Translations under genes and position numbers: made by a program | Part shown: positions 1 to 12,200 of the stretch, in pieces | Position numbering within the stretch: position 1 is the stretch's first letter | Layout: every line of letters begins with the position of its first letter | Notes under the pieces: model-generated | What the model was told of the DNA's origin: nothing | Seen by the model: only the letters and a program-made list of their open reading frames with translations | Databases searched by the model: none | DNA from: Podarcis gaigeae | Taxonomy: Eukaryota | Direction: 5' to 3' (one strand) | Length of the DNA: 64,000 bases | NCBI GenBank assembly: GCA_964106915.2 | Contig: OZ066921.1

Positions 1-42
1 GGCTTTGGCAATTGGTTCAGCTGAATTGAGCAATGATTCACA

Positions 43-558
43 TCACTGCACAAATGGACCTTGGCATATGAGGGCAAGAACGTGATTGATCCAAGTACAT
101 GCATCAGCTTTCAGAGTAACATTACACGACTTTGCCAATATGCTGAGTATTTGAGACGTGATCTCTAGTTCTTCACCTGCTCTTATTGACAAGGGAGATG
201 GGTGGGAAAGGGGCCCCACCACATTCAGATACAAAAGTTGTATGAATTATGGGGTGTGTTTCTCTTTTTGCCTGATTATCCCCCTATGACAGCCTTGCCT
301 TCCTGTCTTCTGTTTATTCAGTCACGGGAAATATTTTCAGGTTGAGGGGAGTGTGGAAAGCCATCATTTTCACAGGAAATGTGCATTTCTCTTTATTTTC
401 CAGTTAAGCAAGTTAAACCACATGAGCTGGAGGGCAGCCCAACAGCCTCTTCATTTATTTACCATCAAGTTGCAGAGGGTTGGAATGGGCTGAGATAACA
501 ACAGGCCAGAGACGCACAGTCACGATGCTTCCATATCTGCACGGTGGCTCCAGCTTAT
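43..558 (-). CDS. Possible last two exons (558-463, 176-43) of an unidentified gene
   Basis: AG/GT-bounded 96-nt phase 1-1 exon (DKLEPPCRYGSIVTVRLWPVVISAHSNPLQLD) joins in frame to the acceptor at 177-178, giving GEELEITSQILSILAKSCNVTLKADACTWINHVLALICQGPFVQ*. No firm homology recognised. Confidence 0.25.
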
Positions 559-692
559 CTGCAGTCATAAAAACAAAAATGTAGGTAGGGTAGTTCTATT
601 CCCTTCATTACAGCAGTTCGCTTATTTGTTGAAAGATGACCTGAGTGTTGTTATCTGGGGCTTCTGGAAAGCCCTCCAAGGGGTGGGGGGAG

Positions 693-861
693 CAGTGGCG
701 TAGCGTGGGTTGTCAGCACCCGGGGCAAGGCAAGTAATTTGCGCCCCCTAACCCGTGGATTTGCGCCTCCTAACCTGTGGATTTGCGCCCCCTAACCCTA
801 ACCCCCAGATGTTGCGCCCGGTGCGGCCGGCCCCCCCTGCACCCCCCACGCTACGCCACTG
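693..861. mobile_element. hAT-type MITE
   Basis: 16-bp TIR CAGTGGCGTAGCGTGG / CCACGCTACGCCACTG; 8-bp TSD ggggggag/ggggcgag (1 mismatch); internal ~21-bp tandem repeats containing CCTAACC. Confidence 0.8.
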
Positions 862-978
862 GGGGCGAGTGAGGAGGGGATGAATTTGCCCCCTTGTCTT
901 TCAAACCATATTATGAGATTCTTTGGGGGAGCAACAATATTTCTGTCTAACTCACCAATTCTATGTTGAATTACTATA

Positions 979-1193
979 CAGTGGTACCTCTGGTTACGTA
1001 CTTAATTTGTTCCGGAGGTCTGTTCTTAACCTGAAACTGTTCTTATCCCGAAGCACCACTTTAGCTAATAGGGCCTCCCACTGCTGCTGCCAGATTTCTG
1101 TTCTCATGCTGAAGCAAAGTTCTTAACCCGAGGTACTATTTCTGGGTTAGCGGAGTTTGTAACCTGAAGCGTATGTAACCCGAGGTACCACTG
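979..1193. mobile_element. Tc1/mariner-type non-autonomous element (MITE)
   Basis: TIR CAGTGGTACCTC / GAGGTACCACTG flanked by TA; a related copy lies in opposite orientation at 34571-34801. Confidence 0.85.
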
Positions 1194-4100
1194 TAGTTAT
1201 AAACATTCACATGGGCTCAGGTATGAGTGCTACATCTTAAAGGCATCAATCCTTCTATTTCAAAACATTTCTGAAAATTAGCTCTTAGATCTTCATGAAT
1301 ATTACTCCTTCTCTGCTGGAAGCCTTCCACACATCCTGTACCTAATATCTGCATTGTTGATACCTACTCTGATGGCTACCTAACAGGTGCTGCTTTGAGA
1401 TCATGGGAGTTTCAGCCCCACCAAGGGCCAGCCATACAAAATGCCTTACCAGTTCCACATTCCTTTCACAAATTCAAGCAGAGTGAAATGTAATTTATGG
1501 TTGTCCTACTCAGTCTTGTGCTTTACCACAGATTGGACTTGGATCTTGAAAACTACCCATAGGAATAGGAAACCAGAGCTGTCAAATGAACAAGCCCATC
1601 GAGATCATAATTGTTGGGAAATAACTAGGGAATGGTAGTTATTCCTGAAGTCCCATTTGTGTGGGGAACTACAAAGAAAAAACGGCTGACTGCTTAGAAT
1701 AAAAACAAACAAACATGGGACTTTACGCACTCTGTAGCCAAAACAGCCCCCAGAAGAGTTTAAAACTCAGATCTATGCAGCATTTGCAAAGTGTGGGAAA
1801 TATAGCTTATTAGACCTTTAAATGTCCAACTGTTACGTGCTTACAGTTCTCTTCTGCCTCTAGCTTTCTCGGAGTGAATAGACCACAAACTTTAGTAAGT
1901 TTAAATGCTTTACTTACAGTAAACACATGTCTCATTCATGCATTGTTCAATACAACAGCAGAAACAACACAGGCAGTATATTATTGATTACAAAACGCAA
2001 ACACTAATCTCAAACATGCAGCCTAAGTCTGGAGTCCAAGTCTCAAACCTCTGCTCTGTTTACATGGTTCAACAGAAGAAGGAAAGGAACAAGAAACAGA
2101 CAATACTTATTCCCAAGTGTGAGGGGGTGTGACCTATCTGTCCCTTCTCTAGTAATTTACAGCTCTGTGGTCTTTAACCCCTTCATTTACTAACTAGCAT
2201 AGGTATGCATTGTTAGCTTTGACTGCAAACTACTCCCACAATAATTACCCAGTTGAAATGGACAGCGACTTGGCCATAGAAAACATGGAGGTTACCAACC
2301 TGGCTCATGTTAGTGGTAACCAAAAATCCAATTGTACTTATAAAACAGATGATAGCAGCAGCTGTAAAAACCAGGCATGAAATCAATAAGCCCTAAGTAG
2401 GATGCAACAGAACAATTTCCCTCAACCAGGCACCCTCCAAATGTTTTTAACCACAACTTACATCTGTATTAGCTGGGGTGGGTGGGAGCTATAGTACAAA
2501 ACATCTGGAGGATACCAATTTGTGGAAGGCTAGAACAGAGAATTATGCCTAAATAATTACACCAGCGAGGTCTACCTTATTTGCCATTTTGTCTTTTCCT
2601 CTACATAGATCTGCTAATTAGAGGTAGTTGCTCTTGCTTAAGTCCTTTTACTACCTTCCAGAGTTACACTTTTCTCGTCTGTGGTTTGATGTCTTATGGA
2701 GTAGATCAAACCTTTCCTCAAACCAGTTACTGTCCTTGTTCCTGTGGAATACTCTGACAGAAAGCAGAAACTTCCTCTGACATACCAAATAAATAGTGGC
2801 TAATAAGAGTGGTTCTGGGGCATGATCCTGCTGGAAATCATTCCATCAGCAACACCCTATACATGTGCTCAGGGCCCTTCAAAGGCAACAAATTTCTGTC
2901 ATGGATAAGCAGACATAAGGGAGAAGTGGTTGACTGAGCCAGGTAAGGAGAAGAGATGGCAGACTATTTTTCTTTCTGATGATAATGCTGCTGACCTTTG
3001 TCTCTCTGATGTTTACTCCTCAAAAATCTCTCTCTCTGATGTTCTTATTCTTTAAGTAAAGTTTCTTTCCCTCTGCTTGTTAAACCACAGCCATTACACC
3101 AACCACTTTCTACAGCAACCGTAACTATGTTCCTGCCCTTCCCTCTTGTTCACAGTTAAGCATGTGGTCTTATGACAGAGAAGGATCGAAGGAATTTGGC
3201 ATTTGGGCTGAGGATCATGACCATTGTCAACTTTGTCATACAGAAGAATCTTCTCTGGCTAGACCTTTAAGCCCACTTTCTCGTTTCTCCACATGCAAAC
3301 TCCTCCGCCTTGGCTGTGAGTCCTAGATGTCCTGATCCCTCCCTTGCAGACTTTTTTCCCACCTGGCCTGGGAGGGTGGGTCCCTGACTGACTCTAGCTA
3401 CAAAAGCTGAAGCTTCACAAAATGTTCTTGGGGGGGGGGGGCTTGCTCTTGGTTTTTCGTATCTTTATTTTAGATCTTGTTGTGATTTATGTGGACATTG
3501 TTCTGTTTGGTTCTGTTCTGTGTATTTTTTTAATGTTTTGTTTATTGTTCATGACTTTTGTTATGTTGTAATTACATATTCATGTTGTAAACCGCCTTGA
3601 GCGTGGTTTGAACTGTGGAAAGGCAGCATACAAATACAATTATGTATCTATATATGCATGTAGCTTACTCTCCCATGTTGCCTTTATTGATGCCAATAAT
3701 TGCATAGCTGTTACCCACAGTAGGGCCTAGAAAATGCTCTTGATTCTCTCCAGGCAGGGATAGTTTCATACAGCAGCAGCCATGAGGCACTTGGCACCCA
3801 GTATATGTGCTCACCAGTGTGCCCCTTGTAATTTTCCTTTTGGGAGGGTGGGGTCACTTCCTATGACCCCCTCCCTCCCGCCTGCTTTTACAGTAACTCC
3901 TGCAGAAGGCCAGGCACACAAGACCTCAGCAATGTGTGGGTCCTGGGCCTGGAATGTTTTCTTTCATCTCTAATCGCTGCACTGAGGCTCATAAATCATG
4001 TAGCCAAGACAACAAGTAAAAACATGACTGTAATTTGTTTCTTCCTGGCCCATTTTTGGCACAGCAAAACCAGAGACTTTCTTGGCTGGGAATGATGATG

Positions 4101-6868
4101 ACACCATAACAGAAGGCGAGTGAGTGGACATCAACCTGGTGACTCTTCCCCCACCTTCCCTGCTTTCTTTTTAGAGGTGCCAGGAGGTAGTAGGATGCTG
4201 ACAGTTATCTCACTGCTGACCATGCTGGATAAAGAATAACACAATTAGCAACCGGATTGTGTGTGTGTGCCACTTCTTTGAGGGAAAGAACGTCATATTC
4301 ATGTGTGTTTATTGTCACCAAAGGCACCTGATCAGATGGTGGAAACAAAGTTTTCAGATAAACGAATTATTTTTTTTAAATTTTTCCTTTTGGAGATTGG
4401 AGGCAAAACAGGCCTGGTGGTGCAAGAAGTTTATGGACTGAAAAAAAAGTTATGTTTTACATGATTGTCTTTATTTATATCACGTCCGCAGCAATCCTCT
4501 GCAGAATTAAGTGGAAGCAAACCTCACTGAACACAGTTATATTGAATTAGAGGCAAACATCCATGGGAATGGGCCACTGTATCCTAATTTCTTGAACCAC
4601 AGGTGACATGTTCCTGCTCCTAAGTAGTTTAGTGTATGAGTTCAAAACTGTCTCCCATGAATACATAACAATTGATTGACTGTATTGTGATGGGCCACCT
4701 CATCCAGAACTGTTTCACGAAGTGGCTCTGGGAAGCTCTCAGATCAGAGCTGACAGAAAGCACCATCCCATGTCTGTCTCAAGCAAGTACACTCAGGCAT
4801 TGACAGCTGGCCACCCCATTAACCTCAAGTAGGCTTCACCACCGGATGCCACCAGATGTTGTGGACATGGCTCTTATAAGCCCCAGCATCATATGGCCAT
4901 GCTGCCTGGGGTTCATGGGAGCTGAAGTCTGAAACATCTGGAGAGCGACGGGATGGCAAAGACTGTCCTAGGATAAGCAATGGCACCACTTGAATGGGCT
5001 GTGCTGTTGGGCCAGTGCTACACAATCCCACATAATTCTTTGGTTACTATTAAAAAGAAAAGAAAAAAGATAGAAACTGTTTTTTGGGGTTTTTTTTGAG
5101 AATGCCACTGCCTTTCTACACAACTCCTAGTTGGGAGTCCTGGGAAATAAAGGCTTGGGATGTGTGTGACTTACTCATTTCTGACTAGCCTGATAAGACC
5201 CAAGATGGACCCCACCACTGTTGTCTTCCTCCTACCCCTTTCCCTCAGTGGCTGTCAAAGAATATGAAGGGGGAGGGAATTCCACAGATCTCTCTTGGGC
5301 CTCAGCTGAAACTCCCCATTCCATAGCTCACTGGAAGAAGAATGAGGAAAAACACATACTTATACCAGAGCCTGCCAAATGGAAAATTATAAAACAGTGG
5401 GGAGAGGAGCGTGATTGACACACAAATAAATAACACTTAGAATGAGACACATTGTTTAAAAAGAAGGGAAGTTTTCTTTTCGCTCCATTCCTACTGTAGA
5501 AGTTATTACAAGCAACAGCTGACATCTTGTCAAAGTTGTTGGATCCAGTATGTCCCACTGAGTTCAATGGGCCTCCTCTTACGACTGTCTCGATCCAGCA
5601 CCTTATTTGCTGCCAATAGCTACAGCTGCTCTCTCCAACTCTTTTTCTGCATAACATGAACTGGTGAAAATGTGCCTCCTTTAGCTTGATAGATAGTGGT
5701 ATAATGGTAAATTCTGTAGTACAAGAGCTCATCTTGACACAGATAAATTTATAAGTGATGAGAATAAGGTGGTGCAATCGGGGCAGAGTGAGGCAGCTGC
5801 CTCAGACAGCAGGGTGGGCAAAAAAAGAGGCAAGTGGAGCACTCAGAGGGTGAGCTTGGTATGGCAGATGGAGTAGAAACAAGCCTTTTTCACACTCTGT
5901 CTTTCTAATTTACACATGGTGGGCAAGCAATTCCATTGGTGGGCATTTAGCCCTCTCGGTAACCCACCCTTCCCCAGTGCCACCTAGATCCCAAAGATTT
6001 TATAGCATAAAGGAAGGAAGGCAACACCTCTGCTATCTTTGTTATCTGCAAACAGACATGCCGCCTCCAGAAAGGGAAATACAACAACCTTTCAAACATT
6101 AATTAAAAAGTAATTCCCAACTACAGCATTTGAAGCTTTCATGATTTGCAATTGCACATTTAATAATAAGGGGAAAAAAATTACACTTTTCCAACAGAAC
6201 TAGATATGACAATGCTGCAAGCGAGCTATTTCTGGAACTCCGCAAGGCTATGGAAACGCAAAGCTCACATTGAATTTTAAGCGGATATTTTGCTTGTGTA
6301 GTAAGAGCACAGTTAGGATCTCTTTAAGCGGGTGACAGCAGGTGTTTATTTTAAATGCAGAACAGGTAATTTATTGGTGTTCCACCCATGTGCTCTGTTC
6401 CCTGCGGGTATCCGCCCTGGCCAAGGATAGTGTTCATGATTCATGTAATAAAACCAGTTTAACAAACCCGTTCTGGTGCCCAAGGTGAAAGAGTCCTACA
6501 CGTGAGGTGTTTCACCATGTTTAAATGGCTGTTCCACTTTCATTGCAGCCTTTTGGAAGCATAACAACGTGACAACTTTCCCCAAAGACTTTTTGAAAGA
6601 TCTGTTAGTTGTGCCAAACTAGAGCCTAAAAGCAACCTCCAGTATGTGAATAGTCCAGCATCATGTTCTCATGATGAAGAAGGTGGGCATCCCTACCAGC
6701 TGGATCCATGATGTGATTTGTATTGTTTTGATGTTTTAATCTTCTTATTGACTTCATGTAATTTCGAGTCAGTATTTTGCTACACCCTGCTCTGGGATTA
6801 TTTTAGTGAAGAGCAGAACATTTCCCCATCCCTGAGCTAAGCCCTGAATGTTATAGGAAGCATGTGCC

Positions 6869-6916
<48 letters not shown>
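6869..6916. repeat. (AAT)n microsatellite, probably the tail of an adjacent minus-strand retroposon fragment
   Basis: Perfect AAT run followed by a retroposon-like 3' end sequence to ~7010. Confidence 0.8.
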
Positions 6917-9274
6917 TTCTTTATATCCTGCCCATCTGGCTGGGTTTCCCCAGCCACTCTGGGTGGTTTCCAACAAAATATTAAAAATACGTTAAAACAT
7001 CAGTCAAATAATAATAATAATGCCTGTTTTGTAGCAATACACTGCCCAAGCAGGTCTCTGGCCATTACTCCCTTCATACCTACGACCAGACTAGATTCAA
7101 GTGGGGGGAAACAATCCATGATGCCGTTCATCTGTTGGCCAGAGCCAAGGCTAAACGGGTTAACCCTCAAGCCTTTGCTGGATTGCCAAGAGAGGAATCA
7201 TCACCCGCTTCCTAGTCCTGCTCTTCAGCAGCCTCTTGTGGGATATGTACACACAGCAGCTTCAACTGGATTCAGTGCATCCACACATTGTCCTCATCCA
7301 AATGGCAGCCTGAATCCTACCCACAGCTGCTTTAATTTGGATTTCCCCAATATACAGATAACGCAGCGAAGGATATAAAGAAAATTTCATAAGGGGAAAA
7401 AAGGCCAACATTGTGTGGACGAGTATTTTTATTATAAAAAAAACAAAAAACCTGGTGATGTTTTTTCTGGATGCCCTCTATTAATACCCTCTGTTACTAA
7501 GTCCTGTACTTTCATTGGCAAACTGCCTCCATGGGCCTGAGGGAACACACTCACTTTTTAAAAAAACCACTGTTTTGTGCAAGTGTGGTATATCGGAAAA
7601 CTTGTATCTCAAAAATTAAAACAAATTGCCCAGTTCACAACGGGCCTCAGTTTTCCAGAACTCAGGGAAGATGGAGAATAACTAATTAAGAGAAAGGAAC
7701 AGCAACAGGTTGATTTCGGTAGACAACCTGTTTACTGAACGTTCTTCCTGATTTGTTTGTGGGAGGTTGTATGATATCTTATCAAGCATTTTTTTTTATA
7801 CCACACTCTCCAGGGCATTGCCCTAGCGCTTTGCTTACTGCAAAAATCCCTTTTTATTTTGAAGCAGCTTTCTTGTGTAAGAGGGCCCAATCCACTTGAA
7901 CTGCACCACCTCAATTTGCCAGGAATGTATTGAAGTCCACACCCAAAACAGTCACAGCCTGGAGACAGGTAATTAATAAATAATAATAATTTTATTATTT
8001 ACACCCTTCCCATCTTGAACCATTAATGGTGTTTGTACTCAATTCTTTCCTTCTACTCTTGTCTCTGGTTGACCAGGTTTGCCAGGTTTTTGAAAGGGGG
8101 GAATAAAAACTTTGTTTACTAAAAGCAAGGTGAGCACAGTCAAAAAAATTTACCTGCCTCCAGCTCCAGCCTGTTGTTGTCACAGGTCCTGTTGTTTTGC
8201 AAACCACACTTCCTCAGCCAGATGCATTCCTAGCCTCCCCTTCCTGCAAATGTGAGACTGGGGAGCCAATGCGAGAGCAATAAACCTGGGAGTGAGGAGG
8301 AGGAGAACGTGGCAGCACAGTGAGAGAAGCAGGAGCAATTGGTATCAGATCAACCTCATAACATTTTGGAGGGCATTATTTTATACTAATCGATAGGAAC
8401 ACATACTTTTGAGGGTAACTTTAATTATTTAACAAAACCCACATGCCACTTGATTGTAATAAAATATCTAAGTGGTTAATTAAAATTAAAGTCAAACAAT
8501 AGGAGACTGTTAAAAACAGGAATTAAAAACATTCAAAAGATAATGTTCCTGTGTGCTGGTGGAGATCTTGAATTTCACTCAGATTTCTGCAGCAGAACTG
8601 TTGCTATCTAACCACTGTGATCAAAGAAGCGCATTCAATATATGAGGCTGAAAGCAGGGGTTTCTCCCCAGAAAGGCTGCTGTGTGTTTGGACTATATTT
8701 TTAAAGGGAAACAACATGCAATAATGCAAAACAGCCTGGGACTTCAAGGTCACATTTGACATACATCAACCCTCTCCCAGCTGGTGCCCTGAAGATGCTT
8801 TGGACTACAACTCCCATCAGTTCTAGTATCACAAGGTTGTGCCAGCTGGGGACTAGGTGAGTGGTAGTCCAAAGGGTACCGGCTTGGGCAAGGCTGGTAT
8901 GCATTTTAAAGAGAGAATAAAGTAGAGAAGCTTTCTCTGGTGATGGTGTCCAGACTCTGTTTAAGGTGGCAAAAAATAATGTCAAATTTCACTGGAACCT
9001 ATTTCCAAAAAGATTGCAGATGTGATCTATTCCTATGTGCCCTCCCCACCACAATCTCGGCCCACAAGCTTTGTCATCCTCCTCTTCCTCCTAGAGTCAA
9101 ATTTCCCTGCCCGGTGTTTGTGGAAGCTGCCCAGCTGCCCCCTTGATTTCCATGGGCAAACAGAGACACCGGGAGGGCTTGGCCTCTTCCTTCTCCTGTG
9201 TTTCATGTGGGCTTCTAGCCAGAGGAGCAAGCAGAGCCCTGCTGGGACCATCTTGCCTATCCTGCCAGGTTGAG

Positions 9275-12200
9275 ATGGCGCTGAGGCCACAGGCAGCTCC
9301 CGGCTTAGCCCTGCTGCTCTGGGCCCTGTGCAGGACTGCTGTGCCTGTCACCACGCCTGAGGCTGTGCTAAGGGAGCACCAGGGACATTGCTACCAGCTT
9401 GCCCAGGAAAGATTGGCCTTTGAGGAAGCCCAGGCTGCCTGCGGCCGATGGGGAGGGCACTTGGCACAGGTCCCTTGGGAGGTGACAGGGACGTGGGGAG
9501 CTCTGAGAAGGAGGAGGGGGCAGCTGAGAGGGCCCTCTGGAGGCTGGTGGGTCTCCAAGGGCCCAACCAAGCCTACGGTGGCAGGTAAGTCAGTCCTGTG
9601 GGGGCACCAGAGAGGGCTGGGCAGAGGTGGGAAGTTGTTTCTACTCCAGAGGGTGGAGGGTGCGTCCTGGTTTCTATCACAAAGGCCAGGTCCCTTTACA
9701 CAGCTGACTTGGCTGTGGTTAAAGGCTGGGATTTGGGGAGCCACATTGAGGGGCAGGGTGTGGAGGTGGGGGGCACTGTGCTGCAGAGAGCTGGCTCTTT
9801 TGCTTGTAGTGTAGAATTCTGCTTATTTTCATCTGCTCTGTCAAGGGCATACCACCCCGCTCTGCCTACTGTGGTCAGATCTTACAAGAGGGCAAGGCCC
9901 TCACCTTGCCCTGCCCAGCTTGCCACCATGCCCATGGCAGCCTCTTGTGTCTTTGCCCAGGAGCCCAGCCTCATCTGCATGGGGCTCACCATCAGCCCCC
10001 CACCTGCACCTTCCTCTCCAACCTGGGCTTGCTGCAGGAGGCTACCGGGCCCACGTGCCGCCAGAGGCATCCTTTCATCTGCGAATTTGGTGAGAGGCCA
10101 GCTGGGCTGCCAGGGTGGGATTGTGACACTCCCACTCCACCCCACCCCTGAGGACAGAGATTGCTCCTCCTGACCCAGGAGGGGCTCCCTTTCAGGATGG
10201 TCCTTTTTGCAGGTCCTGTGGAGGGAGGTGAATGCCCAGTCAAAGTGGCCAGGAGTGCCAACAGCTCCAGGCCTTGGCAAAAACAGAAGGCTCAGCTGGT
10301 AGGTGATGGTGGCCGGTTCTCTTCCCTCCAAGTCCAAAGCAAATAGGCTTTCCCTCCTGCTGCCTGAAACCAAACTCCAGCAGATGCACCAAGGCAGAGG
10401 ATGGGGGGGCAATAAAAACAGCCTGTCTGCCACCTCTTAGCCACCCTCCAGACAATTCCTTTGGGCATGATTCCTGGGCAAGCTCCTAACAGGGAACCCT
10501 TTGCCCTGCCCCTTCCAAGAAAGCCTATTGGGTGACATATCCTACCTGGCACAGTGGCACTGCTCTGTCCCACTCTTTTTTCTCTGTCTGCCTCCAGGAT
10601 CTGACCTCCATGGGGCGGAGGCCACAAAGGCTCATGCGGCGGCATCTGGGTGATAAGCAGAAGTACCCAGGTGATGTGGGGATTTATTGATTTCTGAAAT
10701 AATGCATTGAAGAGTAGGTCATCTGCAATTATAAGCAATTGTGAGAGGCTGATCATCTTGGGTCATTCTGCTTATTTTAACAAACCCTTTAAATGCCCTA
10801 AAATAATATTTGTGGGGCTGAAAGGGGTATTTTATCTTATTTCTCATAGAGCATCTTTTCCAAAAGATTGTAGATGTCAGCACAACCAAAAGATATGCTT
10901 TCAATCTGCCTGTACAGAATTACAACTCCAACATTTACCAATGGTATTTGTTTAAGCTGTGCCCAAGGGGCAAGGCACCCGTGATTAACTGTTTTTAACA
11001 AGTTTTATTTCAGATAAACTTTTATTGCCATGTTCTACCTCTTCCATGGAAAGAGCCTGAAGCAATGCTCAGGATGAAAATAAGCAACTGTAATAATGTA
11101 AAAGCGCGAATATAACTAGTAGCCAGTGGTTCCCTTATCATGAGGCTGATCCTTTTGCCGGTCAGGGCAGTGGTTTTCCCCTGAAAGGAAGCAGCTTGTT
11201 GTTGAGACAGGCTCACCGCAAGGAGTTTGTGTTTATGGAGGCCAAAATGCCTGTTTCTCCCTGAGGGGAGAAAAGACTCTTGCTCATACTTCTCCTCTTG
11301 CCTCCAGAGACATCAGCAATCAGGGAGGCCTTGCAGGATGTTGTTCCCAGGACCTGGCAGCAGGTAAAAGAGCCCCACTGGGAGGGAGTATCTGGGGAGG
11401 GGACCCCCTTCAGCCCAGCCCCATTGAGGCCCACAGCAGAGCCACCAACCTTCCTCTGGCTCAAGACAGCCAACCTCTCTTCTGGTGGTTAGCACAGGCC
11501 TTATGTAGGCTGGGGATCCCTTATTCAGTGATCTGCATTTGCCTGCCAGCATTTGAGCCCAAACTCCTGATTCTGCCTGCAGGAGCTGCTCCAGCGACTG
11601 ACACTGCCGGTGAACAATGGTGCCTGGAGTGCCTCTGAGCTGGTATGATTGGGCCCATGGGGAGGGCGGATGCCCCAGAAGGGACTGAGCCCCAACTCCA
11701 AAGGCTATGTAGCTCCCATGGGGAACCTGAAGAAAGAGTCAGGCCAAGTCCTAAGAAGTTCTTTCCTCCAAGAGAGGTGATGGGGAACATCTCATGGAAG
11801 GAGTCGAGGGACCCCCATTAGTGCTGAGGGTCTTGGGCAATGCATGGGCATGGAGGAACATTAACATTACGTATGTGCCTTTGCGTGCCAGGAAGAGGAG
11901 GTGGGGTTTCTTCAGGCTGTCAGTGAGGACCTGCTGAAAAGGAGGCCTCCAGCCTCTCCACACTGGCACATCCTCAACCTCCTGGCAGTCCATGGCACCA
12001 GTCGGCTCCTGCAGGTCATTCTGGGCCCCTGCTCATCCAACGTCAACATCCAGGTGAGGATATGCCACACTCCTGGGTGCCCTGGTGGGGAGGACAGGCC
12101 GGTGCATGGGTCCCTTCATCCCATATTGCCCCATCTTGGATGGAGATTGAGTCCCCAGTAACTGCCCACTTATCCCTCCAGCAGCATGATGCCCTGACTG

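Noticed and set aside
1831-2240. Further solo-LTR candidates (also ~17746-18270 and ~32500-33125)
   Set aside because: TG...CA ends and composition are suggestive, but no TSDs or secure boundaries were found.
6769-6957. ORF with a poly-Leu 'signal peptide'
   Set aside because: It is a translation of the (AAT)n microsatellite.
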